DNA of 64,000 nt, taken from positions 18,517 to 82,516 of the forward strand of contig CAZWFX010000004.1 of the NCBI GenBank assembly GCA_964633425.1. Reading direction: 5' to 3'. The stretch comes from an uncultured Candidatus Saccharibacteria bacterium (lineage in GTDB: Bacteria > Patescibacteriota > Minisyncoccia > Phycocordibacterales > UBA2100). Shown in pieces: positions 49,548-58,723 of the stretch. Both the position numbers and the translations under genes were made by a program. Each line of letters opens with the position of its first letter. Within the stretch, counting starts at the first letter, position 1. A model generated the notes under the pieces. The model searched no databases, was not told the DNA's origin, and saw only the letters and a program-made list of their open reading frames with translations.

Positions 49548-50054
49548 TCATGAGCTCCCTACGAACGGTAGCTTGCTGCGAATCGCTTTGAGGCCTTCGA
49601 CCGAGTCGAAGAACACGTCGACGACCGTGTCGGCCGAGACCTTGAGGAACGATGTGCTCGTGACCACGATCACGCACTCCTCAGCGGCCACTTCGATGTA
49701 CCAGGCGTCTTCCTTGTACGTGGCACGAGCCATACGGCGCACTTCGGACTGTAGCTCGTTGACGAGATCCTCGACCTCGTTCGGCACGAACCACCGCGCG
49801 ATGCGATGCAAGAGCCCCCGTTTCACTTCATCGGTCAGTTCGCCGTGAGACGTTATGCGCAGCCGGCCACCGACCTCCTGCGTGGCAGCGAGCGCTCGCA
49901 GCGACATCGGTATCACGACAGCGAGCGCCTTCGACATCAACGACTCCTTGAACGGCACCAACTTGAAAGCGGTGCCGACCAAAAACGGAAGCGGGGCCGC
50001 AATCGCGGCGAGAACCGCCTTGGTCAGATTTTCACTCGGTTCATAGACTTCCAC
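49548..50054 (-). CDS. Hypothetical protein
   Basis: 168-aa ORF in the ArsR-headed gene string. Confidence 0.5.
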   Translation of the reverse strand: MEVYEPSENLTKAVLAAIAAPLPFLVGTAFKLVPFKESLMSKALAVVIPMSLRALAATQEVGGRLRITSHGELTDEVKRGLLHRIARWFVPNEVEDLVNELQSEVRRMARATYKEDAWYIEVAAEECVIVVTSTSFLKVSADTVVDVFFDSVEGLKAIRSKLPFVGSS

Positions 50055-50087
50055 GGTGATTCTCCCTGCGGTGAGCTGTATTCGGCC

Positions 50088-50393
50088 TCAGTACGTTTTG
50101 TATTCAGGATCGCGGTTCCAGTGGCAGGACTGCGCGGCATATTCGATGACGCCCGCCTGCGAATAGAACGTCTCTTCCCCGAAATCATGCTCAAAATGCG
50201 TGATGATGCTGCGTGCAGCATCAACCACCACTTCGGGTGAAAAGTCCGCAGTCATTTTTCCGACCATCAGCCTACCCTTCGGCAGCGAGAGCACCGATGC
50301 CGCCATGGACTTCTCGGTGAGCTTTATGGCAATCGTTGGGTTCAGTTTTGCCTCGGCTTTCACGGTCGCCTCCCTCTTGTGAGCCGGGCGCAT
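50088..50393 (-). CDS. Hypothetical protein
   Basis: 101-aa ORF in the ArsR-headed gene string. Confidence 0.45.
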   Translation of the reverse strand: MRPAHKREATVKAEAKLNPTIAIKLTEKSMAASVLSLPKGRLMVGKMTADFSPEVVVDAARSIITHFEHDFGEETFYSQAGVIEYAAQSCHWNRDPEYKTY

Positions 50394-50467
50394 AGTGCGA
50401 TATCAACCTAAAAGTGTCAAACAACAGAGCTCCGCGACGCGGAGCTCTTTGATGCACATAAGCAGGA

Positions 50468-51259
50468 TCAGTACTGCTTCAAAAGATCGATCAGGATGGC
50501 AGCTTTGCGCAATTCCACGCCGATCAGTTCGTCCTCTGCAGCGCCGGCATTCGGCCTATAGATTTCTTCGCCGAAATTCGGCACGAACTTCTCGTGGTGC
50601 GCATACTCGGCCTCTCGGAGCGCCGTAACAAAGTTTCCGAGACCGAACTCGACGTGCGCGATCATTGCCCGGATCACGTGCTGCGGCGAATTCCTGTTCA
50701 CACGATCGCTGAAACGCTCTGTAGCCCGAGCGCGCACCTGCTGTTCATCGTTCGTCCCAAAGAATCCGCGCGGATCGTTCAGGACGCTCGCGGTCTCGCC
50801 GACATACGGAAGCGCCTCCTCCAGAATCGGTCGTATCTCCATCACGTACGCTTCAACCAGTTTCCTGAAGATGCCGTCGTAGCCCATGATCTCGAGGTAT
50901 CGCGCGAGCACCTCGACGCCGGTCGCGCCATAGACCGCCTCGGTGCTAAAGACCGTTTCGCGAACGACATCCTCGGGGGAACAATCAGGTTTCGACGGCA
51001 AATCGACCCAGCGCGTACGCTCGACCCCCTCGGCCCATTCGATATACATGCCGTCGAGTCGCATCTTGAGCGCGGTCGCGTGCTTGATCTGAAACTCGTA
51101 CACGCCTCCCTGCTCCTCGAAGTTCCGTTCGAGCAGTGTGTTCCACTGCTCGATGCGCTCCTTGTGCTCGCGGAGTTTGAGCGGCGGCGTGAGCGTCTTG
51201 TCACGGCTCATTTCGATCAAACGCAGTGTCGTTTCCCGGCTTGCGAATTTTACCGACAT
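50468..51259 (-). CDS. Hypothetical protein
   Basis: 263-aa ORF with balanced composition. The antisense ORF 50594..51397 is Arg/Leu-rich. Confidence 0.55.
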   Translation of the reverse strand: MSVKFASRETTLRLIEMSRDKTLTPPLKLREHKERIEQWNTLLERNFEEQGGVYEFQIKHATALKMRLDGMYIEWAEGVERTRWVDLPSKPDCSPEDVVRETVFSTEAVYGATGVEVLARYLEIMGYDGIFRKLVEAYVMEIRPILEEALPYVGETASVLNDPRGFFGTNDEQQVRARATERFSDRVNRNSPQHVIRAMIAHVEFGLGNFVTALREAEYAHHEKFVPNFGEEIYRPNAGAAEDELIGVELRKAAILIDLLKQY

Positions 51260-51330
51260 GTGAACCCTCCCGTTTGCTATGGATCCGCTGACACTTTTTC
51301 ACAGATCACGCGTTCGCGAAAGGGCCGCGT

Positions 51331-51636
51331 CTATTCATCCTTGGCCGGCTTCAGAGCCGAGAATTCGTCGATAAACTTCATAAAAATCTTTCCGTAGCGA
51401 GACAGTTTGTGGCGCACATCCCTCCCCTCATGAACCTTTTCTATGAGTCCGGCGAGCGCGAGACGGCGCGTGTGCTCGGAGATGGTTTTGAGATTGGCGT
51501 TGAGGCCGTCTGCAATCGCAAGCAGTGAGTCGTTGGGATGCGCGCGAAGGTGGAACAAAATTCTGATACGCGTGTGGTTGGCCACACCCTTGAAGTGGCG
51601 TTCGAGTTTCTTGGGACCTTTTGTTGACAGAGCCAT
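51331..51636 (-). CDS. ArsR/SmtB-family transcriptional regulator
   Basis: 101 aa. FKGVANHTRIRILFHL...IADGLNANLKTISEHTRRLALAGLIEK is a typical ArsR winged HTH. Confidence 0.8.
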   Translation of the reverse strand: MALSTKGPKKLERHFKGVANHTRIRILFHLRAHPNDSLLAIADGLNANLKTISEHTRRLALAGLIEKVHEGRDVRHKLSRYGKIFMKFIDEFSALKPAKDE

Positions 51637-51644
51637 CCGTACAT

Positions 51645-51672
51645 ATTCTCACATTCTTGAGAATATGAGAAT
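51645..51672 (-). promoter_or_regulatory. 28-bp palindrome copy 3, 8 nt upstream of the ArsR-family start codon
   Basis: ATTCTCACATTCT-TG-AGAATATGAGAAT. On the coding strand it reads ...TGTGAGAAT-ATGTACGG-ATG, so an extended -10-like element sits 8 nt before the ATG. Confidence 0.65.
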
Positions 51673-51695
51673 GTAACGAAACGAAAACGGCCGCA

Positions 51696-52241
51696 TCACG
51701 AGGATGCGACCGGTACTTCCCTTGCGAAGAGCGCGTTGCACACATCACGAGCGATCGTCTCCGGCAACACCCGGTTCGTCGCGATATCCCTCCAGTGATC
51801 TGCGTCGAGCACGAGATGCTTGGCTGCCGCCGGATGGCGAGTGCCCCAGAGGACGACGCGATCGCGAGCGCTTTGAAACGTCACGATCGGGGCCGGTAGA
51901 TCTCCGCGCGCACCGAGTACGCAGGTGTACCCCACATAGTTGTGCGGCGAATTAATAGTCACAATACCGACGACCGGAGTTTTCTGCAGCCGCTGAGCGA
52001 CCGCACACGCGATCACACCGCCCAAGCTGTGTCCCACAATGAGCGATTCTATTCCGTCGTCGTAGCGCTGCACCAGCGCGTCGCGGTAGCGGATCATGCG
52101 GGGTATATCGATGGGCAACATTCCCCGCTCTTCGGTATTTTGAATGTCTGCTATCGGTGCCTTGCTCGCAATCGCGCGCGCTACAGCGGGCACAACCGGA
52201 TTATCAAAGCACCAAATGCCGTTCACTCCCAGTAACCTCAT
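51696..52241 (-). CDS. Alpha/beta hydrolase (lipase-like)
   Basis: Trimmed to MRLLGVNGIW. Nucleophile elbow VGHSLGG. The stop codon lies inside the terminator hairpin. Confidence 0.6.
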   Translation of the reverse strand: MRLLGVNGIWCFDNPVVPAVARAIASKAPIADIQNTEERGMLPIDIPRMIRYRDALVQRYDDGIESLIVGHSLGGVIACAVAQRLQKTPVVGIVTINSPHNYVGYTCVLGARGDLPAPIVTFQSARDRVVLWGTRHPAAAKHLVLDADHWRDIATNRVLPETIARDVCNALFAREVPVASS

Positions 52242-52284
52242 CCTCGCCTCCCTGATAACTCGCGCTGTTATCCCACGGCACGAG

Positions 52285-53184
52285 ATGAACGTCAAAGCAT
52301 CGATGCCGTATCATATGGATATGCGTGACACGCTCCGCGATATCGCCCTTCCGTTTGTAATGGGCGCAATGGTCGCAGGAGGCGTCTTTGCCTACGATCG
52401 GGTGGCCACACCGATCGCACTGTACGAACGACGCGTACCCTCGTTCGATGAAATGGTTGCCACCGAGGTCTCAATGAGCGACCCCGATCACCTCTTGCCG
52501 GACCTCGTCCCCTTGCCTGCCCGCGACCTCACACTCAGTGTCGGTGCAAACGGCCACCTGCAGCTGCTCTTCAGCACCACGTATTACAACCAGGGAACCG
52601 GTCCGCTCGAATTGCGAGCCGATCCTTCAACAACAGGTATTTTTGACGACATCGACCGCGTGGTATCACAGCGCGTCTATGCAAAGGATGGCACCTTCAC
52701 CGACAGAAAAGTCGGCGTGTTCCGGTGGCATCAAACACATCTTCACTATCACTTTTCCGATTTTGTTTCGTACATCCTCACATCCGAATCAGCACAGAGC
52801 GATCCGATCAGACTCGAAAAGGCGACGTTCTGCATCCGCGACGTGAGCAGACTAAAACAAGACATGCCCGACAAAAAATCGCCTGCCACCTATACGATCT
52901 GCGGCAAGGAGCGCCAGGGAGTATCTGTCGGTTGGGCCGACACCTACTACTACAACTACCCGGATCAATCGATCGATCTCAATGACATTCCGACCGGCAC
53001 GTATCGGCTGTCGTTTGTCGTAAACCCGGCAGGAGCACTCCGAGAGCAGGCGTATCTGAATAACCGCAGCTATGTCGTGTTTGCGTTCAATAAAGAAGAT
53101 CACACCGTCACGATCCAAAAAGAGTTCCCCGAGCACCCACCCGAGGTCGAACATGTTCATTTGGACGACCCGTTCGGCATGTAG
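52285..53184 (+). CDS. Membrane-anchored lysyl-oxidase-like protein
   Basis: Start uncertain (52285, 52303 or 52315). FRWHQTHLHYHFSDFVSY and GWADTYYYNYPDQSIDLNDIP parallel the WHSCHQHYHS and G.D.Y....DCQWIDITD blocks of LOX domains. Confidence 0.6.
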   Translation: MNVKASMPYHMDMRDTLRDIALPFVMGAMVAGGVFAYDRVATPIALYERRVPSFDEMVATEVSMSDPDHLLPDLVPLPARDLTLSVGANGHLQLLFSTTYYNQGTGPLELRADPSTTGIFDDIDRVVSQRVYAKDGTFTDRKVGVFRWHQTHLHYHFSDFVSYILTSESAQSDPIRLEKATFCIRDVSRLKQDMPDKKSPATYTICGKERQGVSVGWADTYYYNYPDQSIDLNDIPTGTYRLSFVVNPAGALREQAYLNNRSYVVFAFNKEDHTVTIQKEFPEHPPEVEHVHLDDPFGM

Positions 53185-53196
53185 CATACTCATGCC

Positions 53197-54315
53197 ATGA
53201 CCCGTTTGCTGATCGGCTTACTCGCGATTCCCGTCATTCTCTATGTGGCACTCGTCGCCATTTCGCCCCGCGAGGTGCCTCCGGTCACTCCGGTAGAAAC
53301 CGCATCTTCGACACACACTGTTCAGGTCGAACAGGACCGCGTGATCGCAGATGCGCTCAGTATCCCGTGGGACATCGCATTTCTACCCGACAACTCCATG
53401 CTCGTAACGGAGCGTACGGGCGATGTACTTCATATGGCAAACAGCGGAAGCTCAACGCGACTCACCGTGTCGCGTTCTGTGAGCGGCGAAGCCGGTCTTT
53501 TGGGCATTGTGCTGCACCCGGACTTTGCGAACAACGGCTACGTGTACCTGTATGTATCGACCGCAAACGGCGACGGTACGAGTAATGCCGTCGTACGGTA
53601 TGTGTTTGCAAACGACACGCTCACCAAAGACAAAGATATTATTACAAATATCCCGGGAGCCCTGTATCACGATGGCGGTCGGCTGGAATTCGGACCTGAC
53701 GGTAAGCTGTACATAACGACGGGCGACGCAACCCGTGGCACGCTCGCGCAAAACAAAAATTCCCTTGCCGGAAAGATCCTTCGGCTAAACGATGACGGCA
53801 CCATCCCGTCCGACAACCCGTTCGGGAACGCTGTGTGGTCGTACGGACATCGCAATCCGCAGGGACTCGCATGGGATTCCAGCGGCAACCTGTGGGAATC
53901 GGAACACGGACCGACCGGCGAAGACGGTCGATGTTGCCATGACGAGATCAATAAAATCGAAGCAGGCGGCAACTACGGCTGGCCCGATGTGATCGGAGAT
54001 GAAACAAAGGCGGGAACGATCGCTCCTGTTCTACAATCCGGAGAAGACACCTGGGCGCCGGCAAGCCTCATCTATTGGAACGGATCGTTGTATTTCGGCG
54101 CATTGAAAGGTACGGCACTGATGCGCGCCACATTCTCCGGCGGCACGGTCCTAAACGCCGAGCGCACACTCCGCGACACGTACGGTCGAATTCGAACCGT
54201 CCGTATGGGGCCGGACCACATGTTGTATATAACGACGAGCAATACAGACGGCCGCGGGCGGCCGCTGCCGATCGACGATCGCATTGTGCGGGTCGATCCC
54301 GCATCTCTCAGGTAA
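53197..54315 (+). CDS. PQQ-dependent sugar dehydrogenase (soluble glucose/sorbosone dehydrogenase family)
   Basis: 372 aa. N-terminal TM helix; LLGIVLHPDFANNGYVYLY, GGRLEFGPDGKLYITTGD, GHRNPQGLAWD. Confidence 0.8.
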   Translation: MTRLLIGLLAIPVILYVALVAISPREVPPVTPVETASSTHTVQVEQDRVIADALSIPWDIAFLPDNSMLVTERTGDVLHMANSGSSTRLTVSRSVSGEAGLLGIVLHPDFANNGYVYLYVSTANGDGTSNAVVRYVFANDTLTKDKDIITNIPGALYHDGGRLEFGPDGKLYITTGDATRGTLAQNKNSLAGKILRLNDDGTIPSDNPFGNAVWSYGHRNPQGLAWDSSGNLWESEHGPTGEDGRCCHDEINKIEAGGNYGWPDVIGDETKAGTIAPVLQSGEDTWAPASLIYWNGSLYFGALKGTALMRATFSGGTVLNAERTLRDTYGRIRTVRMGPDHMLYITTSNTDGRGRPLPIDDRIVRVDPASLR

Positions 54316-55626
54316 TTAGCGCTCCTTCCACTCGGGATCCATGCGAACGAGCAGCTCGTCGGCTTTCAGCGGCTCCGCCATGATGGCCAGCACCGTTTTT
54401 TCCATGCGCATACTTTGAGAGCCCTTAACGAGGACCACGTCCCCTGCCTTCAAATCTGCAGCAAGTTCAATCCCCGCGCGTTCAGCCTCGTTCATTTCGT
54501 ATTGCATGATGGCCGATTCTTTCATTCCCGCATCAAGCGCACTCTCGGCAATCAGGCGAGCACGGAATCCGACCGTTTTCAAAAGATGAGCGGTCTCCGA
54601 AACGCGTTGCCCGACATGTTTATGTGCCTCGGCAGAATAGCGACCGAGCTCGAGCATGTCGCCCAACACCGCAATCCTGCGTTTTGCTTTGACAGCCTTC
54701 AGGGTATCCAGTGCGGCCAAAACGGCGGCCGGCGATGAATTATAGGTGTCGTCGATGATGATAGAACCCTTCAGACCGGGAAGTATGCGCACGCGACCCG
54801 GCGGAGGATCCCACGTGGCAAGACCCGCAGCCGCGGCCTCTGCGGAAATACCTATTACCTCCGCGACCGCGAGCGCGGCAGTCGCCGCATACACCCGCGG
54901 ACGCCCGAGTGCGTGGTACACAGAGATCTGAACCGACGTACCCTTCCGCATGACCTTGAACTGCATACCTGCGGGCACATTGTTTTCGTACAAAATTGAT
55001 TCATCGTACGCGGCGTACGAATTGTGCTGATCAAAGCCGTACGTCAGCGATGTGCCTTTGAACGAGTTTTGCAGCATGCGCATGCGCGCCTCATCACCAT
55101 TGAGTATCAGTGTGCCGCCCGGTTTCAGGTGGTCGGCAAGCGCTCGCTTTTCCTTCAATACCTCCCCGGGCGAATTGAAATACTCCACGTGCACCGGTAT
55201 ATCCGGAACTCCCGTAATGATAGAAATATCAGGACGAAGCCACGTCGCGATCTTGCGAATGTCGCCCGGGCGGTCGGCGCCCACTTCGAGCACGAGCCAC
55301 TTGGGATACGTTCCGGAAAAGATCGCGGTGAATCCGTGCACAATGTTCCCCAACCATTTCCACGGATCGTTCCAACCGCTCTCGAGCCCCAGGATTGTCA
55401 GCGGAACCCCGAGTTCACTGTTGAAACTTTTGGCACTCTTGCGGACATGCAGACTGCCCGAGAGCGCTGCGTAAATCGCATCTTTGGTCGTTGTCTTGCC
55501 GACAGAGCCCGTCACGGCAACAACGCGCGGCTTATGGCGCGCAAGTACTGCACGCGCTTCGATAGTCAGAACAAACACAACCAGAGAACGCAGTAACTTC
55601 ACCATAGGTATGTATCGTACCATCAC
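54316..55626 (-). CDS. murF: UDP-N-acetylmuramoyl-tripeptide--D-alanyl-D-alanine ligase
   Basis: 436 aa. VVAVTGSVGKTTTKD P-loop and Mur ligase layout. Sits in the dcw cluster. Confidence 0.85.
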   Translation of the reverse strand: MMVRYIPMVKLLRSLVVFVLTIEARAVLARHKPRVVAVTGSVGKTTTKDAIYAALSGSLHVRKSAKSFNSELGVPLTILGLESGWNDPWKWLGNIVHGFTAIFSGTYPKWLVLEVGADRPGDIRKIATWLRPDISIITGVPDIPVHVEYFNSPGEVLKEKRALADHLKPGGTLILNGDEARMRMLQNSFKGTSLTYGFDQHNSYAAYDESILYENNVPAGMQFKVMRKGTSVQISVYHALGRPRVYAATAALAVAEVIGISAEAAAAGLATWDPPPGRVRILPGLKGSIIIDDTYNSSPAAVLAALDTLKAVKAKRRIAVLGDMLELGRYSAEAHKHVGQRVSETAHLLKTVGFRARLIAESALDAGMKESAIMQYEMNEAERAGIELAADLKAGDVVLVKGSQSMRMEKTVLAIMAEPLKADELLVRMDPEWKER

Positions 55627-57347
55627 CGATCAGGCGGGATGTTGTAATAATTTATCAGGAATTTTGCCAGATCGTCGAAGGGCTCTGCAAGGGTTGCAGA
55701 GGCGAACTCCGCTCCATGCGGCTCAACGGTGAACAGGAACACGATGAGCTTCGGGTCCTGTGCAGGAAAATATCCGAAAAAGGAGTGCAGGTAACGGTCT
55801 TCGTAGTACCCCTGTCCCGGGACCGCGATCTGAGCGGTGCCGGTTTTTGCGGCGATGGAGTAGTGCTCCATTTTGTATTTACCTTTCACGAGTGCGTCGT
55901 CAAAAACTTCGGTAAGCATACCGCTTACCGTGCGTGCGGTTTCCGGTTTCAGCACCGGGACCGACGACGATGCTTCGATCTCACGCGTAAGCCCGCTTGC
56001 ATAGCGGACCGCCGTCACAACATGCGGATTCGGCAACATGCCGCCGTTGGCAAGCGCAGACAATGCGCGCGTCATTTCAATCGGCGAGACCGACACTCCC
56101 TGACCGAACGATGCGGCCGCATAGTTAACATCCGGACCGTGACCTTCGCCGAGCGTCGATATGTCGCCTGTTACCTCATTGGGCAGGTCGATGCCGGTTT
56201 TATCGCCAAAACCGAACGCGCGCATGTACTGCGTGAACGTCGGGTGTGTCATTTTGTCGGCAATGAATGTGACGCCAAGGTTGAGTGACTGATTCAGAAT
56301 CTCCTGCATCGGAACCGTATTGCGCGCCTTGTGGTCAAAATTACAGATAGTCTTCGTGCTTCGTTCTATACAACCCGCGTCGTAGTAGGTTGTCGCCGTC
56401 GTGATCGCACCCGAATCTATGCCGGCAGCAACCGTGAGCGGTTTCATGATCGAGCCGAGCTCATAGCGACCCTCGATGAGCGGATTACCGAATACCGCAG
56501 GGTCGTCGACCGTGTTATACGAATTCGGATTGAATGCGGGCCGCATCCCGATTGCCCGGATCTCTCCGGTATGCGGATCCATAACAATCCCGCCGGCGAT
56601 TTTAGGCGTGTAGGTCTTCATGACGTTCTCGAGCACCTTTTCAAGTTCTGCCTGCGCCGACGGTTCGATCGACGTGATGATGTCGCCCTGGCGCCCGGAC
56701 ACGTCGTGGCTCAAAAGCGCGCCCACGTTTGCAAAAATTTCCGCAAACGGGTTTACATAGAGCCCGGTCGCGCGCTCGATCAGTGTCGTTTCGTACTCAC
56801 GCTCCAGTCCATAGACGCCCACCTTCTTATCCCCCTTATACCCGACGAATCCGATCGCCTGTGCAGCAAGCTCTCCTCCGGGGTACGTTCGCCACTGATC
56901 CTGCACGAGGAGCACCCCTTTGAGCTTCAGGGCACGGATCTTCTTTGCCGCGTCGTCGGTCACCCGAAACGCGACTTCTTCGTACGGATCGTCGGCTTTC
57001 TTAATACTTGCGTCGTACCGCTCGCGGTCGATCTTTGTGATGGCGTTCATAGCGGTATACGCAGCACCCGGATGCTCGATGTCAGCCGGTGTGATTGCAA
57101 TGCGATATCCGGACTGCATAACGGCAGCTGCAACATATGCGCCATCCTTCGTTGTGAAGTAAATATTCCCTCGATTGACCGTGTCGGGACTCTGCTCAAC
57201 ATACTGCGATGTGGCGCTGCGTCGATACGCCTCCCCGCGAGCGATCTGCAGCACATAGAGTCGGGCGATCAAAAAGACCGCCACGACCATGAAAAAAACG
57301 CCGATCAGGCGTGTGCGAAATGCGATGTTATTTCTCATAGCGCGCAC
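55623..57347 (-). CDS. ftsI: Penicillin-binding protein (FtsI/PBP2-type transpeptidase)
   Basis: 574 aa. N-terminal TM helix, dimerisation domain, transpeptidase with KTGTAQ. Sits in the dcw cluster. Confidence 0.85.
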   Translation of the reverse strand: MRAMRNNIAFRTRLIGVFFMVVAVFLIARLYVLQIARGEAYRRSATSQYVEQSPDTVNRGNIYFTTKDGAYVAAAVMQSGYRIAITPADIEHPGAAYTAMNAITKIDRERYDASIKKADDPYEEVAFRVTDDAAKKIRALKLKGVLLVQDQWRTYPGGELAAQAIGFVGYKGDKKVGVYGLEREYETTLIERATGLYVNPFAEIFANVGALLSHDVSGRQGDIITSIEPSAQAELEKVLENVMKTYTPKIAGGIVMDPHTGEIRAIGMRPAFNPNSYNTVDDPAVFGNPLIEGRYELGSIMKPLTVAAGIDSGAITTATTYYDAGCIERSTKTICNFDHKARNTVPMQEILNQSLNLGVTFIADKMTHPTFTQYMRAFGFGDKTGIDLPNEVTGDISTLGEGHGPDVNYAAASFGQGVSVSPIEMTRALSALANGGMLPNPHVVTAVRYASGLTREIEASSSVPVLKPETARTVSGMLTEVFDDALVKGKYKMEHYSIAAKTGTAQIAVPGQGYYEDRYLHSFFGYFPAQDPKLIVFLFTVEPHGAEFASATLAEPFDDLAKFLINYYNIPPDR

Positions 57348-57349
57348 TG

Positions 57350-57694
57350 CTAAATAGCATTGCGCTCCATTGTATCAGCCGTTTCTGCCGCTGCAGTTGC
57401 GCCGGGGCGATACACATAATCAGTGCCGCCGACCTGGGAGAGCCCGAGTGACTCGCCGGTCTGGGGCGTAACAGCTGCGGAGAGGTCGAAATACTGCTTT
57501 TCCAACATAGCGATCGAGCTCTGTAGCGCAACGCTCGAGCGCGACGCCTCTTTGCGGGCAATGATGTTCAATACCGATGCGCCGACGAAGTAGAGGTAGC
57601 CGCACAAAATAATACCGAGCAGAGCGAACAGAACACGGAATGCGACCCGTTCGAAAGAGTATTCAACTGACAATGCTGCGATGTGTTTGTTCAT
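57350..57694 (-). CDS. ftsL: FtsL-like cell-division membrane protein
   Basis: ORF trimmed to MNKHIAAL (ATGA overlap with the rsmH stop). A single TM helix followed by a short periplasmic region. Positional call. Confidence 0.5.
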   Translation of the reverse strand: MNKHIAALSVEYSFERVAFRVLFALLGIILCGYLYFVGASVLNIIARKEASRSSVALQSSIAMLEKQYFDLSAAVTPQTGESLGLSQVGGTDYVYRPGATAAAETADTMERNAI

Positions 57695-58683
57695 ATTTTT
57701 TCTATCACGCGCAGCTTTGCACTGCGGGAACGGGGGTTGTCTGTGACCTCCCGCTCGCTTGGCGTGACGGGCCGACGAGTAACAAGTATTCCTTGCCCTT
57801 CGCGTGCCCATTCTGCAAAGCGATGCTTTACGATTCTGTCTTCTGAGCTGTGGAACGAAATGATCGCAATGCGACCTTTCGGGTTGAGCAGAGACCATGC
57901 CGCCTCCATACCCGATCGGAGTGCCCCGAATTCGTCATTGACCGCAATCCGGAGTGCCTGAAACGACTTGGTCGCCGGATGGATCTTGCCGTGACGATAC
58001 GCTGCCGGCACGGCAGCCTTGATCACATCGGCAAGCTCGCGCGCAGTTTCGATGCGCTTTTCTGCCCGCTCACGAACGATACGCTCCGCGATGCGTCGCG
58101 AATATCGCTCTTCGCCGAATCCGTAGAGGACATCGGCGATCGATTCTTCTGACCACTCATTCACGATGGTTCCCGCTGTGAGCGACTGCTCTTTGGCATA
58201 ACTCATCGTGAGCGGTTCGTCGGACTGAAATGAAAATCCCCGTCCTGCGCTCAGCTGGAACTGTGACCAGCCGAGATCGAACAGCACCTTATCAACGGAT
58301 CGCACCTGCACACTTGCAAGCGCGTTCTTCAGATTCCTGAAGTTGTCATTGATGAGGAGCACGGTCGGCCCGTCGCCGGTAAGGGGGACGGGCGAACCGA
58401 ACTCTCTGGGAGCGTGAGCATCCGCCAACATATCGCGAGCGCGGCTGACAGCATCTATATCGGCGTCGACCCCGATTAGGGTGCCGCCCTCGCCTAGCTG
58501 CTTCGCGATTGCGAGCGCATGTCCCGCGCCCCCCAGCGTGCCGTCTACGACGACATCGTTTCTTTTGAGCGACAGATATTCCACTGCCTCATGTAAAAGA
58601 ACCGTTCGATGCCCATCGGAGGTTCGAGCTCCTGATGATGACGGCATCGGGTTGCTGGAGGATTGTGAGCGTCGCGTGCGCAT
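57691..58683 (-). CDS. rsmH: 16S rRNA (cytosine1402-N4)-methyltransferase
   Basis: HRTVLLHEAVEYL, VDGTLGGAGHA, FHSSEDRIVK are typical of RsmH/MraW. Start set to the ATG at 58683, downstream of the mraZ stop. Confidence 0.85.
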   Translation of the reverse strand: MRTRRSQSSSNPMPSSSGARTSDGHRTVLLHEAVEYLSLKRNDVVVDGTLGGAGHALAIAKQLGEGGTLIGVDADIDAVSRARDMLADAHAPREFGSPVPLTGDGPTVLLINDNFRNLKNALASVQVRSVDKVLFDLGWSQFQLSAGRGFSFQSDEPLTMSYAKEQSLTAGTIVNEWSEESIADVLYGFGEERYSRRIAERIVRERAEKRIETARELADVIKAAVPAAYRHGKIHPATKSFQALRIAVNDEFGALRSGMEAAWSLLNPKGRIAIISFHSSEDRIVKHRFAEWAREGQGILVTRRPVTPSEREVTDNPRSRSAKLRVIEKI

Positions 58684-58723
58684 GACTATCAAAATTCCTC
58701 CAGCAGCCCGAAGCCACCGTTGT

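Noticed and set aside
50594-51397. 267-aa plus-strand ORF
   Set aside because: Antisense to 50468..51259 and to the 3' end of the ArsR gene. Arg/Leu/Asp-rich antisense signature.
56331-57353. 340-aa plus-strand ORF
   Set aside because: Antisense to the FtsI-type PBP, which carries KTGTAQ and sits in the dcw cluster.
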